Part shown: piece after piece, positions 24,591-37,387 of the stretch
Numbering within the stretch: the stretch's first letter is position 1
How the letters are laid out: every line of letters starts with the position of its first letter
Assembly (NCBI GenBank): GCA_030141605.1
Contig: JAQGDQ010000409.1
Location: 143,376 to 207,375 of the forward strand
DNA: 64,000 nucleotides
From: Tubiluchus corallicola
Lineage: Eukaryota > Animalia > Priapulida
Reading direction: 5' to 3'
Program-made: the position numbers and the translations under genes
The notes under the pieces: model-generated
The model's input: the letters and a program-made list of their open reading frames with translations, nothing else
Database searches by the model: none
What the model was told of the DNA's origin: nothing

Positions 24591-25579
24591 TAACTTTTGT
24601 TTGTGATCCCCATAACGTTCAACTGATGTCATTCTCTCCAGACGTATCATGTTTGCATCGTTGGGGGCACAACCTCGTTACTGACTTACCTACCTCTTCT
24701 TGGAGCCGTCCTCTATTTCAAGTTGCAATTCTAAATTTTACACCTGTCTGAACGGGCATTTATAAGAAATGGACAAAAGCCACCCGGCTGGCGTGACCAC
24801 GTTGCGTTAGGGCGAGATTTCGTTTACTGAAATTACATGAAAGTGAAAAATCCAGTCATTGTACACAGGAACAAAACACATGTGTGGTCATAATGACCCC
24901 CATTCAACCAGACCCTCTCAGGTCACACAATTGAACAAGGCTGCCCAGGACAGTATTATATTAGCCGTGGGCAGATCTACACCAGGTAGTGGTCAGCGTG
25001 ATTTCAGCTGACCTTTGCAAAGCTGTTCTAGAGGCTAAAATGACTACTTTCATTAGAATTAACCTGCGATTACTTTTATAAAAAATTCTTTGTACGAATT
25101 TTTAATTTCAAAAAACAAATTTACTTTCTGAACTTGTTGTTGTTGGACTTGCCTCAGCATCAGTTGGTTATTATATCGCCTGGAAACCAATGTTTGTTAT
25201 TATCCCTCCTTGTCGGGCGGCTTGCATACATGATTATCCTCATCCAAATGCAGAAAAATCATTGCACTTTAAAATGTTTAAGCTTAGTTTAATTGACCCT
25301 GGGACCATTGGTCAACAGTCGCTGGTATTGTGTACATAACCTGCTATTGTATTAATATTATACACTATTATGGGTGCAAATGTAAGCTTATGGTCTTTAC
25401 CTTTCAGACGCTTGGGGAAGGAAAACGATGAAAAGAGGCGGCTTTATCCGCATGTAACTTAATCTGCAATCCACGAATTGCAAATAGAAGTGGTCCGCCC
25501 TGGTTTCTCGTACTGATTTTGATTATTGTAATTTATGTTTATGAACTTAAAACGAAATTAATAAGATTAACAAATCTGT

Positions 25580-25665
25580 CATTATCATCGTCCTTAATGT
25601 CCTCATCACCATCAACGTCATTGTTGTTATTATCATTATCTTCATTATCATCATAATCGATGTCG

Positions 25666-25713
<48 letters not shown>

Positions 25714-25890
25714 CTATCTTTGTCATCCTCATAGTCATCATCATCGTCATCATCATTGTTAATGTCGTCATCATCATCAACGTTACTGTTGCCATTATCA
25801 TTATCTTCATTATAATCATCATCGTCGTTATCATCATCATTATCGTCATCATCGTCGTCGTCGTCGTCATCATCACCATCGTCATCGACA
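25580..25890. repeat. (CAT)n-based degenerate microsatellite
   Basis: Direct reading. Confidence 0.9.
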
Positions 25891-26154
25891 GTAGGAACAA
25901 GTTAGGAATACTAAAGAAGGCAGCAAAAGCAACATTATTAGGCAGTCATAATTTATTACACGCAATTTTATGAAATTAATATCAGAAGAAAATCAATAAA
26001 GTATTTTTGAGATTGTTTTGTTAGTTTCAATGTATTTTTCGTTGTTGTTGTTGTTATTTATTTTATCCTTTAAACGCATTGAAAGACGTCATTTCTGTTT
26101 AAGTTTGTAATCAATTAATTCAACATCAGCATTGTGATCCAGGTTTTCAGACCC

Positions 26155-26404
26155 AAAAGGTCAAAGGTTAAGTCTACCAGACAACGCATTTGTGTACACT
26201 TGACAATGCCTCGCAGCCCACGCTACTGTAATAGTAACAGTTTTAACAGCTAGAGCCTTACCTAGTTCATCTTTTCTTGTTCTCAAGCAAGATCCTGCTA
26301 GTAAATCACTCTAAGCATAGACTAATGCATAATTAAGTAAAACAACTGAAGTTACCGAACTGATGCCGCAGACGGCTTTGCTTTGCGAAACTGTGAAAAA
26401 CTTA
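26155..26404 (+). mobile_element. MITE family E, 5'-truncated
   Basis: Matches 5735-5985; ends aaactgtgaaaaactta. Confidence 0.7.
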
Positions 26405-26848
26405 GTGGCGCAAAATGACCTTTGGTAACTCAAAGAATAATTTACAGCTCAAAATAATAAAGGGTTTGAAATGATGGGCTTCAAACAAGGACCCTTCAAA
26501 TAAGGGGCGACAAACAGGGCGCCCTTTCTTAAACTGAATTTTCATGCTCCCAGGCCAACTTTTTTAGTTCAAATTTTATTTTAAGTTAAATGAATTACTG
26601 AATTATTCAGCAATGCAAAATGTTAAAATACTATACCCATTTTTCCAATACACATATATTAATTTTGACAATCTTTTAGCAGGGCCCCTCGAGTGGGGCA
26701 CCCTACGCTTGAGAGCCCTATACTACCCTGTAGGGTAGTCCGGTCATGGTTTCTGGTTACAATATGTCCAGTTGAGAAAGGTGTCACTGTGAATGAAATT
26801 AAATGAAACTTGTGTGATGATGAGAATTTCTATCTAATCTAACATTGA

Positions 26849-26980
26849 CAGAACCTCCGGATGCTGCAAACGTTGCTATTCATCTGTTTCCTTTTATGGG
26901 CAGAGGATGAGCGTGTTTCCAGGGCAACTTGAAAGATCATCAAAGGCGTTAATAAGAATTGTCTCACAAAGAGACGAGAA
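26849..26980 (+). pseudogene. Possible fossil hAT transposase C-terminal dimerisation domain
   Basis: QNLRMLQTLLFICFLLWAEDERVSRAT*KIIKGVNKNCL loosely matches the hAT pattern PNL..L...LP.S.A..ER.FS...IK...RN.L; contains an in-frame stop. Confidence 0.3.
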
Positions 26981-27572
26981 AAAACAAACCTGCCCTACTC
27001 GGCCTCGCGAAATAACACAAGGACTTTGTCCATTCAAATCGCTTTTCAATCTAATTCGGCACTGGTCAGTGAGTGGTCACTTTGATGGTCAAGCAAACAT
27101 AACAATCGCCAAAGGACACGCATACCTTGCTAACAAACACAAGGCTTGGCAAGCACTCTTCGATAAATTCCAGTTCGGCCTGTGTCCACCGGTGCGATAC
27201 TGACCACTGGCTAGTGTACACAAGTTCGAAGGACGTGGCCGAAATGAAAAGACAAATTGCGCCATTCGAGCGCATATGAGATGGGTGTGTAATCCATTGA
27301 CCAGCTCAAGGACGAGCTGGATTAACAGCAAGACGGAACTGACCATCACTAGTGGACCTAAGCTTTTAATTGTTTCTTCTGTTCGAGTTGCCTTTTATAA
27401 CATTGTTTGTATAAAACTATTTTATTTGTTAGAAATAAAAGAACTAAATACATTCCAGTCCTTGAATCTTTAGTCAAATCGCAAGAATTACAGAAAAATG
27501 TACATAATGAAACACAAACAAAATATGTCATCTGACAAGTATCAGATAAAACGGATTTTTTATAACTTATGA

Positions 27573-27610
<38 letters not shown>

Positions 27611-27665
27611 ATTCATAAGTCATATAAGATATATATAACATATATATAAATAACATAATATATAG
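27573..27665. repeat. (TA)n microsatellite
   Basis: Direct reading. Confidence 0.9.
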
Positions 27666-29517
27666 TCTGAAAGACTGTTGCTATATAACTTAAAAAGTAC
27701 AGAACTAAGGTCGAATTCATGATAAATTGATTCGATACAATTATAAGATGTTTTCAATATTATAAAATGAGGATGATAGATTATAAGAAAATTGAAATGA
27801 GAATCAGACCTAAAAACATTTACGGGATTAAAACGGTTGTATCTGCCCCATGTAGGTTCGTTTTTAGATTTAAAAATAATTAATATCTAATTTATTATTA
27901 ATTTATGATAATGTCTAAATAACGATATCTAATTTTGCTGTTTTCTCTTTGACATCTTTAAACTTCGTGTGGCTCGGGTGTCTTGCTATTTGTTTATGGA
28001 ATCTTTTTAAACCTTTTTATTTGTTGTTTGAAATGAAGTCACGACTCCTATGTACTAAAAATTTTGATTTGAAAATCACCTTCAGTTTTCATAATTAACG
28101 TATTTCTCAAACGCCGCTTCATATTACTGAATAATAATAACGTTTCTGTGTCGTGGATTCAACAGAGGTTGTGCAAAAAAAAAACAGGATTTCGTTCTTT
28201 GCCCCCTCTTTTATGAAGCTAGGCTATTACCGAGTGTTAGCATGCCTAGTTGAATAACATGATGGTCCCATGTAAAATATGTAATGTGTTTAGAAAATAA
28301 CACTCATTAGTTACAAATAACAAGCGCTGGTCAGTAATAAACCGTGTAATTAGACAATGGGCAGCATTGTGGGCGATGAAGAGTAACTCAAAACAGCGCA
28401 TTTGTCTATTTCCACCCCCCGCCAGGGTGCAGCCTCGATCACCCCCCGCTAGGGTGCAGCCTCGATCACTACCTGCCAAAGACAATCGGAGGGGTAGTGA
28501 AATTACGACGAAATTGGGGCCGGGTTTATTCTTATGCACGGGCGAATGCAATTTTTAACAAAAACGGATAATGTTACATCCGGATTAGTACTGAAATGGA
28601 CGGATTGTCAGTTGGTCACGCAGACTGGACGCTTACACACATGTGTAGCTACATTATTCCTGAGTTGTTTACCTCGCTAAGGCGTGCCTAACAACCAAGA
28701 ACTCTTTCAGTTGGCAACCTTTTTTCCAGATCGGCTAATTCAAACATCTTCTTCAAGACATTGGGACCTGGAGGAGATCAAGCGGTTGCAAACTCATTGT
28801 CGGGATCACTATCTGGGCTTCACGGATTTGTCAGCGCCTGTCTGGAAGAGGAGGCAGGGAGCCCCGTCTTTCTAGAATGCCTCTCAACATTCATACAAAG
28901 TTATTTACCTCCGACGCAACTCTCTTAAGCTTTAAATTTGCACAGGCAGAAAATTACACTTCACTCATTACATTAGTAAAGTGTAAAACCGGTTCTTGCA
29001 TTATGAGGAGGCAGACGTAGGTATTAGGGCCTCAGATGTCCAGCTTTAATGTACCCCCAAAAACTAAGATCATATGAGAAATTACGAATTTTGCGAATTT
29101 ACCGTAATTCTGTAGCAAGAAGGCAACCTAAACAATGCGAATGCGTAGCGTAGCATGTTTACTTGCGAAACAGATTACACCGTTTTGTATAATAAGCGTA
29201 ATAAACCGTATTACGATGTCCACAGACAGCTGGTGGTCAACGTAAGTGGTTGTCCTTGTAGACTGGACTTTACTTGCACACATATATATGAGTTAACAGC
29301 AATCGTTAATAAAGCACAGCACATTTATAATGCGCAATTTTAACAATGGCTGTGACGGTGGCGGCTTTGCAAAGACATCGTTGGGAGGCAAGCAGATGGA
29401 GGAGGTGACTCAATAGCCCAGGTGATGCAGTTTGCTCACCTGGACACACAGGACAACCAAAAGCGAATTATTATAATTATTTAGTGATGCAATGTTCATG
29501 GAGAATAGTTTTAGAAG

Positions 29518-29610
<93 letters not shown>

Positions 29611-30457
29611 TTGTAATTTATTTTATTTCAGACATTTACAGTCTTTAGAACAATAAAAATAAGGCACAAGTAAAAACACAGACTTGGTTTACAGAAACAT
29701 AGTAAGCTTATATGCAAGAAATGGTTTGTTAGAATTGGTAAATAAAATTTTTTGCCACTAAAAATGTTCGATCTAAAAATTGTGCAGCATTTTGTGCAGC
29801 TTGGACAACATTTTGCAGCATATCATACAGTACAAAATGTAAGTGTAAACATTAGTACTAAATCTTGCGTATCTATGACAATAATAATTAACGAAAGTAC
29901 AAAATAATAAAAAAACAGGAGTTTTGGCAGAGATTTGTGTGAAGGCGAGTTTTAAAAGTGGTAAGTTAGGGGCATTTACGACTTCAAATGGCAAAAAGTT
30001 CCATACATTTTATACTCGATATGCAAAACGGTACAAACGCGCATTGAGTCGAACTTTTGGCTTTGTAAGCTTTAAATTATGTCCACGAAGCATGTACGAA
30101 AGCAAGATTTTATGCTGTACATATTATTGAAAATGTACAAAGATATTTTACAAGGCGATTATACTATAGACGTAACACGGAACTTATGTATGAAACCATC
30201 CAGAAAGACTCAAAAGCCTTCCCTTGCGATCGTTAGAGGAGAGATGATTACTAAACGATTTGGTCGTTTGTTACAAAATAATACATAAGGATGTTGATTT
30301 AGATCCCGAAAATTTTTTGCTAGACTATTCACTTCACTGGTAGGACGAAAAGTAACCATAATTTTAGTCTGTATCTTCGTAGAACGAATAAAAAAGGTTT
30401 TGGGTTTTTCGTCTCCAATCGTGCTGTTTAAGTTTGGAACTCTTTACCTAGTTCTGT
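29518..30457 (-). mobile_element. CR1-group LINE 3' fragment with (TAA)n tail
   Basis: Minus strand LRGHNLKLTKPKVRLNARLYRFAYRV*NVWNFLPFEVVNAPNL (CR1 ORF2 C-terminus); tail at 29518-29610; 3'UTR shared with 51277-51630. Confidence 0.85.
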
Positions 30458-30685
30458 TAATGTTGCACCTTTGACCACTGCCAGATAATTCCAAACTTTT
30501 CAAAAATAGATTGAAGTTTTTGAATTTCGATAAATGGCTTGTGTATGACAGGCGTATTTAAGCAGCTTGTCTCTTTACGTCTCCCCCCCCCCCCCCGTGT
30601 TTTTATTGTTTTATAGTTTATTTTTGAACGTATGCTTTTAATGAATGTGAAATAAAATAAAATGAAATAAATCAAATCAAAATCT
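30458..30685 (+). mobile_element. LINE 3' end, opposite orientation
   Basis: LPDNSKLFKNRLKFLNFDKWLV* followed by a short UTR, aataaa and an (aaatc)n tail. Confidence 0.5.
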
Positions 30686-31079
30686 AGTAAAGGCTTTTAA
30701 GCACAACTCGGAGTATTTGCCGATTATTTACTCATGTGAGAGTAAAGCAATTGGTTAGCAATCATTTTCCATTATTTCAAATCTAGAGGCACAATAAACT
30801 TCAAATTGCTGGCTTCTTGCGTGGGCGTTTCATAATGCAGTTTCTCCTATAGTTTTTAGCAGGAACTTTGAAATGATTAAATCATTTTGGGAAATCTCCC
30901 TTTTTATCACATCCATAGTATCTACACAAAACAGTCTTATTAGAAAAACCTTTGAAGTTGAACTTTGAAGTTTTATTATTAGCGCATTCAATACAATATA
31001 GTTACATTTAATACGTTTTCATCAAAATTGTTACTTCATACTGAATTAAATTATTATATTTCATACACTATCGTTATCA

Positions 31080-31620
31080 CAAAAGAATAATTGTACTGTA
31101 GAGAAGCAAAGGCTTGTATAAGCCCACTGCCATTTGAACCCGATAAAAATAAGGAATTGAGATGTGAAAAAAAGGACAGGGAGAAAGGTTAGATCACACA
31201 GGACAGGAAGAATGATGTGTTGGTGGAAATAGTAGGAAGAAAGACAATAAATTGTGCGATGTTTACATCAGCTCTAAAGATTTTTCAATGATGTCTTGTT
31301 TTGTATAATCTGTACAAGGATTGTGGTATGGCTGCTGCAGTAGGTGTAAGATATTAAGAAGTGTTGTATTTATTGAGAATCATTGTTTTAATATATTTCT
31401 TTTTAAATTTTTGAATTGACTGAATAGTTTTTGATTCATCGCTTATACCATTCCAAAGCCTTGAACCAAAATCTGCAATGAATTGCCGTGTCACGTCTGT
31501 TCTAGAGAAATTAATGACAAACTCATTCATTCTGGTTGCATAACGCCGATTATTAGGTTGGATTATTGAAGAAGTATTGGAAAGAAATGATATTTAGTTT
31601 TATACATGTACATAACTAAG
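31080..31620 (-). mobile_element. L2/Crack-like LINE 3' fragment
   Basis: Minus strand RYATRMNEFVINFSRTDVTRQFIADFGSRLWNGISDESKTIQSIQKFKKKYIK; 3' stem-loop ggcttatacaagcc. Confidence 0.7.
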
Positions 31621-31821
31621 GGGAAGTTTAAATTTAACTGGTCATTATACCTCGAATGATATTATAACGCACATACACACCTGTGCCACAAATTTTTGAA
31701 AATTCCACTAATATTATTGCTTCATTCATCCACAGTTTAACGGGAAATCCAACCATTAAACGCACCTCCGCCGGCATTCTTCAGAAATAAGTAGTATAAG
31801 TTTCGCAAAAACGGTTAAATG

Positions 31822-32226
31822 CAGGCCCTATTTCAAGGAGGGGGGGGGAAGCGGGGATACTTCCCCGGGGCCTCACCCTCCAGGGGGGCCTCGCGCTGAG
31901 GTAACTTTTTTTTGCTTTATGCGAACATACTGCCTCTTCTCTCCCTCTCACTCTCTCTCTTTTGCCGCACGAGCGCCGTTTGCCAGTATTGACAAGTATT
32001 ACGGACTGGTCTTGAGAAAAAGCAGTTTTTCTTTCAATTGTTCTTTCCTTTAACAACTGTATAACTCCATATTTTCTCTTCGAAAATGCTTCTCCGGCGT
32101 TCTAGCAGTCCAAAAATTTTCTGGCCGCCAACCATGGTGGCGCCCACTCCCCGTCGATTTGCCCCCCTGCCAGGGGGCCTCACACACCCCACTTCCCCGG
32201 CCTCGCTTAGGCTGAAATAGGCCCTG
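31822..32226. mobile_element. hAT-like MITE (405 bp)
   Basis: TIR CAGGCCCTATTTCA...TGAAATAGGCCCTG; perfect 8-bp TSD GTTAAATG at 31814-31821 and 32227-32234. Confidence 0.9.
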
Positions 32227-33435
32227 GTTAAATGTAACAATTTTTGGACGTTTTACATCTTTACTTGCCGTAAAATAATGATAGCATACATTATACAATG
32301 TAATACATCATTCAGTTTTGCCTGTAATGAATCAGCTACACTGCTAATAAGCAAATGCCTCTGGTGGGGAAAAAAAACTAAAACTGAGTTCACTAGGAGT
32401 AGAAAAAAACACCAGAAATAAAATAAAAAATGACATAAGCTACAGTAAAATCACATTATCTAAAAGTAAAGCATACTTTTACAAATACAGTCATTCATGC
32501 TACTCATACTAATACTAATACATACATAAGAAAACTAATACTTTGAAGTTTACAAGTAAAATAATTGTTATATTAACACATTCAGTAAATATGACATAAA
32601 ACTGTAAACATTGATCTTTCATTGCAATAATTTTTATATTTCATTATTTAAATTACCACGTTGTGGCAGAGCACAAAAATGCAATCTAAAATATAAAGAC
32701 CAAGTTTTTACTATATCTGTTTATTGGCGGTAAGTACAAAGGCTTGGTTGCCTCGCCATGTTTTTATTTCACTGACCACTAGTGGCCAGTTGCTAAATTC
32801 TCAAGGCGTTTTTTGGGGTTACTATCCTGTGAGCTAAAATTGTGAAACATTTACGCATTCTTAACTTGAGAACACGTCTAACTTTAAATTGGCCACCCAT
32901 CCCTTAGGGCAGTATTGAATTCGCATGGTCGGCGTGGTGGTCACTCAGTGGTCAGTCGTACATTAGTTAACATACGCAGATGTTACGTTTATGTTATTGA
33001 AACGAAAGGAAACGTGACAAGACCGCCTGAAGCGAGGTTGACCTACATTCGATGACCAAAATTCGGACAGCTTGACCACTCTCTCTCTATGCAGTCAGCA
33101 CAGTGTGGTCAGTTAAAATAGCGCTGACACAATTTCAGAAATTCTTTATATCTTGCCGAGCAATTACTCATTGTGAAGGTAAAAAGAAACTGAATGGTGG
33201 CTGCCATATTAAAATTCAACTAGTCTGCTTTGTTTCACTAAACAACAAAGAATTCAATAGACTTAGCATAATGTGTACATGGTCACTCACTGGTCAGTAA
33301 ATGCCCGTGGTCATAATGCTGTGTGAGTGGGCGTAATTTTACAGTTTTAGTCACAGCTACGGTTGCTTTCGTAATGTTTCTCTTCTTTGCTGGCTGATTA
33401 GGGTACGTTTAAAGTATGTACGCCTAACAAAGCAG

Positions 33436-33922
33436 TAGTATAGTATAGTATGGTATGGTATGGTATGGTATGGTATGGTATGGTATGGTATGGTATGGTA
33501 TGGTATAGTATAGTATAGTATAGTATAGTATAGTATAGTATAGTATAGTATAGTATAGTATAGTATAGTATAGTATAGTATAGTATAGTATAGTATGGTA
33601 TGGTATAGTATAGTATAGCATAGTATAGTGTAGTATAGTAAAATCTAACAGTATAGTATAGTACAGTACAGTACAGTACGGTACGGTACATTATATTATA
33701 TTACATTACATTGCAGTACAGTACAGTACAGTACAGTACAGTACAGTACAGTACAGTACAGTACAGTACAGTACAGTACAGTACAGTACAGTACAGTACA
33801 GTACAGTACAGTACAGTACAGTACAGTACAGTGCAGTACAGTACCGTACAGTACAGTACAGTGCAGTACAGTACAGTACAGTACAGTACAGTGCAGTACA
33901 GTACAGTACAGTGCAGTACAGT
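33436..33922. repeat. Compound pentanucleotide microsatellite (TAGTA)n/(TGGTA)n/(CAGTA)n
   Basis: Direct reading. Confidence 0.95.
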
Positions 33923-34479
33923 ATAAGCTAGTGTAGGGGCCCATACTTTGGAGTCCCATACTTTGCATTGCTGTTTTAAAAAAAGGAAGCCAGAAAGTCT
34001 GAAAATCTAATTTTAAAGTGGCTACTCGTTTGAGATAAAGGATCCCTGTTTGAGGCCCTTTATTTGAGGTAAGTGTCCCTCTTTGAAGCCCTTTCTTTGA
34101 AATACGGAGGCGCCAGATATGCAAATATTGCTAAAATAATCAAAACTGAAAATATTCGAGACAAGTGCGAGCAAATTAGAGGGAGGCTCCATCTGAATGG
34201 GTCCCGTAATTTCATTAGCACAAGAGCCCCAAATGTCATAATCCAGCCCTGAACCTTAGCAATATCGTGGTAAAATATTTGATTAAATTTGCTTACTCTG
34301 GTACATTTTGTACTAAAAATATTTATTGCAAAGGAAGTTTGATTCACTTATCCAGTTTTCAGTACATCATGAATTTTATAGCCGGCGTCATTGTAACGGG
34401 TGGTTCACAATTATTTTCTATAATCATTTAAAAATGTTCACACATTATGAAGTCTTTTGTTTTTCAGTTTCTTGAAACT

Positions 34480-34955
34480 CAAAAAGGAAGAAAAAATGTC
34501 CCGGAGAACTCTCTATACAAAGTTAGATTACTTTATTGTTGCGCTTATCTGTTTAGAAGACTTTTATAACTGGAAAAAGAAAAAGATCAATCTTAATAAT
34601 TTAAATTATTCACTCCACCTGGAAAACTGCATCGCAATCCCAGTGTGCACCACTGATTCACCAAAAAAAAACACATTACTGATCTTATTGACAATATAAA
34701 ATAATTTGTACTTTTGGTTAGTTAGTGAAGAGTGTGCTACGAATGGTCTGATTATTTTTTCTCAAACTTTGCGCAATGTTATCTAAACTTGTTTCAAAAA
34801 CTTGCCGTTAAAATGGCTGCGCCTAACGGTCATCGAGGAGTTTAAATTTTCAAGTTTTATACAACGTTACTCTGCGTAATACAAGCTCTGTGTGCAATAA
34901 GGCAGTATGCGATACAAAACTTCAATGTTTTTAAGCTTTATTTATGAAAAGAGTT
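34480..34955 (+). mobile_element. Kolobok-like family B, partial
   Basis: cccagtgtgcaccactgattcacc...aatgttatctaaacttgtttc...aaaatggctgcgcctaacg shared with other copies. Confidence 0.7.
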
Positions 34956-36389
34956 TTGTTGAAGCGAATTTGTTGACACTTTCTTACGTTTTTTAACTAC
35001 AGCAACCAGGATTTACAGTAAACAGATTAAGATTAACAATAGCTTAGCTTAAAATGTGATTAATCTCTGATCTTCCAACAAGTAACTTTGGCGGAAAGCT
35101 AACAGCCAAGCAGGTGTGGAACTTACTTGGCTGTAGTACTTAGCGTTTTATACTGAATCCAGTGACAGGACCCATTAAATGTAAGCCAGTACAGACCAGG
35201 GGTAGATTATCAACTGCTGCATCATTGTATTGTACGGCTCTTAGGGAGTCAGTGGCAGATCTTCAATAAAACGCCGTTTCTCAAAATCGTTAAGGCATTG
35301 TAACTGCTCCGCACAATTCAGCTCCGCTCACTTTTTTCCAGAACATGATTTATAGATTATCTTTACCGATTTTCGTCTGGTGCAGTATTTTACGTAACTT
35401 GCTGTGGACGTTTACGTGGAACCCAAAGTTGGATTTGCCACTTAGTTCAAAGGTATATAATCCTAATAATATGCAAAATAGCGTGAAAAGTAGAAACTAT
35501 TGGACAACACCCCAGGTGTTGGCTGCGACAGGCGTTTGATACTGGGACCATTGAATAAAAGCCTCGATTTACATATTGTGCATATTTGTAGTTGCTAATT
35601 CTCACGCAGGTTTGCTGAGAGAGCTTTCTTTTCACATCATGGGGCAGAAGGCGAATCAATAAAACACCCATTACAGACCCGGGCGTTTAAAAAATAATCA
35701 TAAAACTTCACAACAATAGGGTAGTTTTGTACGTCACTGGGCACATATGATTTTAGATTATATCAATTTGACGCATTGTGAATTCTTGCATTGGAGACGT
35801 AACTAAATCACTCGCGCCCTCTATCAATGGTTGGATGAAAGGACCACTTGGCTTTAGGCCTGATGACACAAAGAAATGGGAAGGTAAAAGCGACTTTGTC
35901 ACCGAATTTCTTCATTTCCGGCACTGAACTGATGGTGATAACATTATCCTTTGTAAATGCTTGTAGTCAGTTAAATTTGTCACAAGCCGTCTGTGTAGCG
36001 TTGTCGAGCTTCAACGTAACAAACAAAATTAAAAAATGGACATATCAGTACAAGAAACATTCAGTAGAAACTAGGGTAAACTCGCTTGCGGTGTTTTTAG
36101 AGTAATTAATTACCATCAACACGCATTCAACTTTTAGAATTTTGTTTTTGTTATGGGTAATGTTCTACGTAATTATCATTTTTTAAAACTGTAGTTTGTT
36201 GAATTATATTGCCCGAAGTCCGTATCTATTGTATGATTGTATCTTCTTTATTTTAGCCTTGATAATTCATCTATAACAACTTCCTAAACTGAACAAAGCA
36301 TCTAAAGGGCACGCCGAGAAGATTCGCGCATCAGCTAATAAACCTGTACACAGTTCAGCATCTGCGTTAATGGCAATAAAAGGGGGTTA

Positions 36390-36682
36390 GCTGATTAGTT
36401 ACGTAACGAGTGCTAACGTAGGTGATATATGCGAACACGGCGCGCAAGCCGTTCAAAAGCGACGCAATCATTCTCACTTTCGTTATCGCTGCTCAGCGAA
36501 TCACGTGCGAGATCTCAGATGTAGCCACGCCCCCTCGTCTGCTGTATGATTGAGCATGCCTGGCGATGTCACAAGCAGTGGAGTGGTCATGTTGTGATGT
36601 TTTGCGTGTTACTTCGTAAGCAGTATGTGATTATTATAGATACTAAACTAACTACCTCTTTAGCCAAAGCTGAGCAGTGAAG
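36390..36682 (+). promoter_or_regulatory. Putative promoter and non-coding first exon of the giant-like gene
   Basis: CpG-richer stretch with GTTACGTAAC (36398-36407), CACGTG (36502-36507), GC/KLF box GCCACGCCCCC (36524-36534) and donor AG|GTAGGT at 36683. Confidence 0.5.
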
Positions 36683-37248
36683 GTAGGTATTGACGATTTT
36701 GTGTTACTGAAAACTGTGTTGAATGCTAAGCCTAAACTTGAAATTTTGATTAATTTGTGAGTGTTGTTGCATTGATAGACTTGGCTATGATTGCCCATAC
36801 AGAGCTAAAAATGTAAGAAGTTCAAAAGATAACTCTAGATGCTCAGTACTTATATGTAACATAATGAGTTACAGTTTTCTAAATCGTTCTTACCTTTAGT
36901 AGGTCAGTAATCGGACACAGTGATGCGAGGTTATTTTTACACCAATTTATGCTCGAGCGAGACTAGAGTTTAGATATTTTTGGTTCGGTTTAATTGTTGA
37001 TTAACTGATTTAGCAATTAAGTGATTAAAAGATTATAGTTCATATTGAAAAAACCTTCCCACACTATTACTTTCGTAGAAGTTCAAGCGCCAACTAAAAT
37101 AAATTGTCTTGGACTTTCTGTTTCTCTCTTTAGTAAAATATGCTAGCCAGCTAAAGGGTTCAAACTTGTTATAAAAACATTTCGGTAAGCGAATACTATA
37201 GCTTTGTATTCTTTCTTTCTCCCTTTATCCTCCTTCCCCCCTCTCTTT

Positions 37249-37249
<1 letters not shown>

Positions 37250-37293
<44 letters not shown>

Positions 37294-37318
37294 TTCTCTG
37301 TCTCTTCCTATATCTCTT

Positions 37319-37385
<67 letters not shown>
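37250..37385. repeat. (CT)n microsatellite
   Basis: Direct reading. Confidence 0.9.
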
Positions 37386-37387
<2 letters not shown>

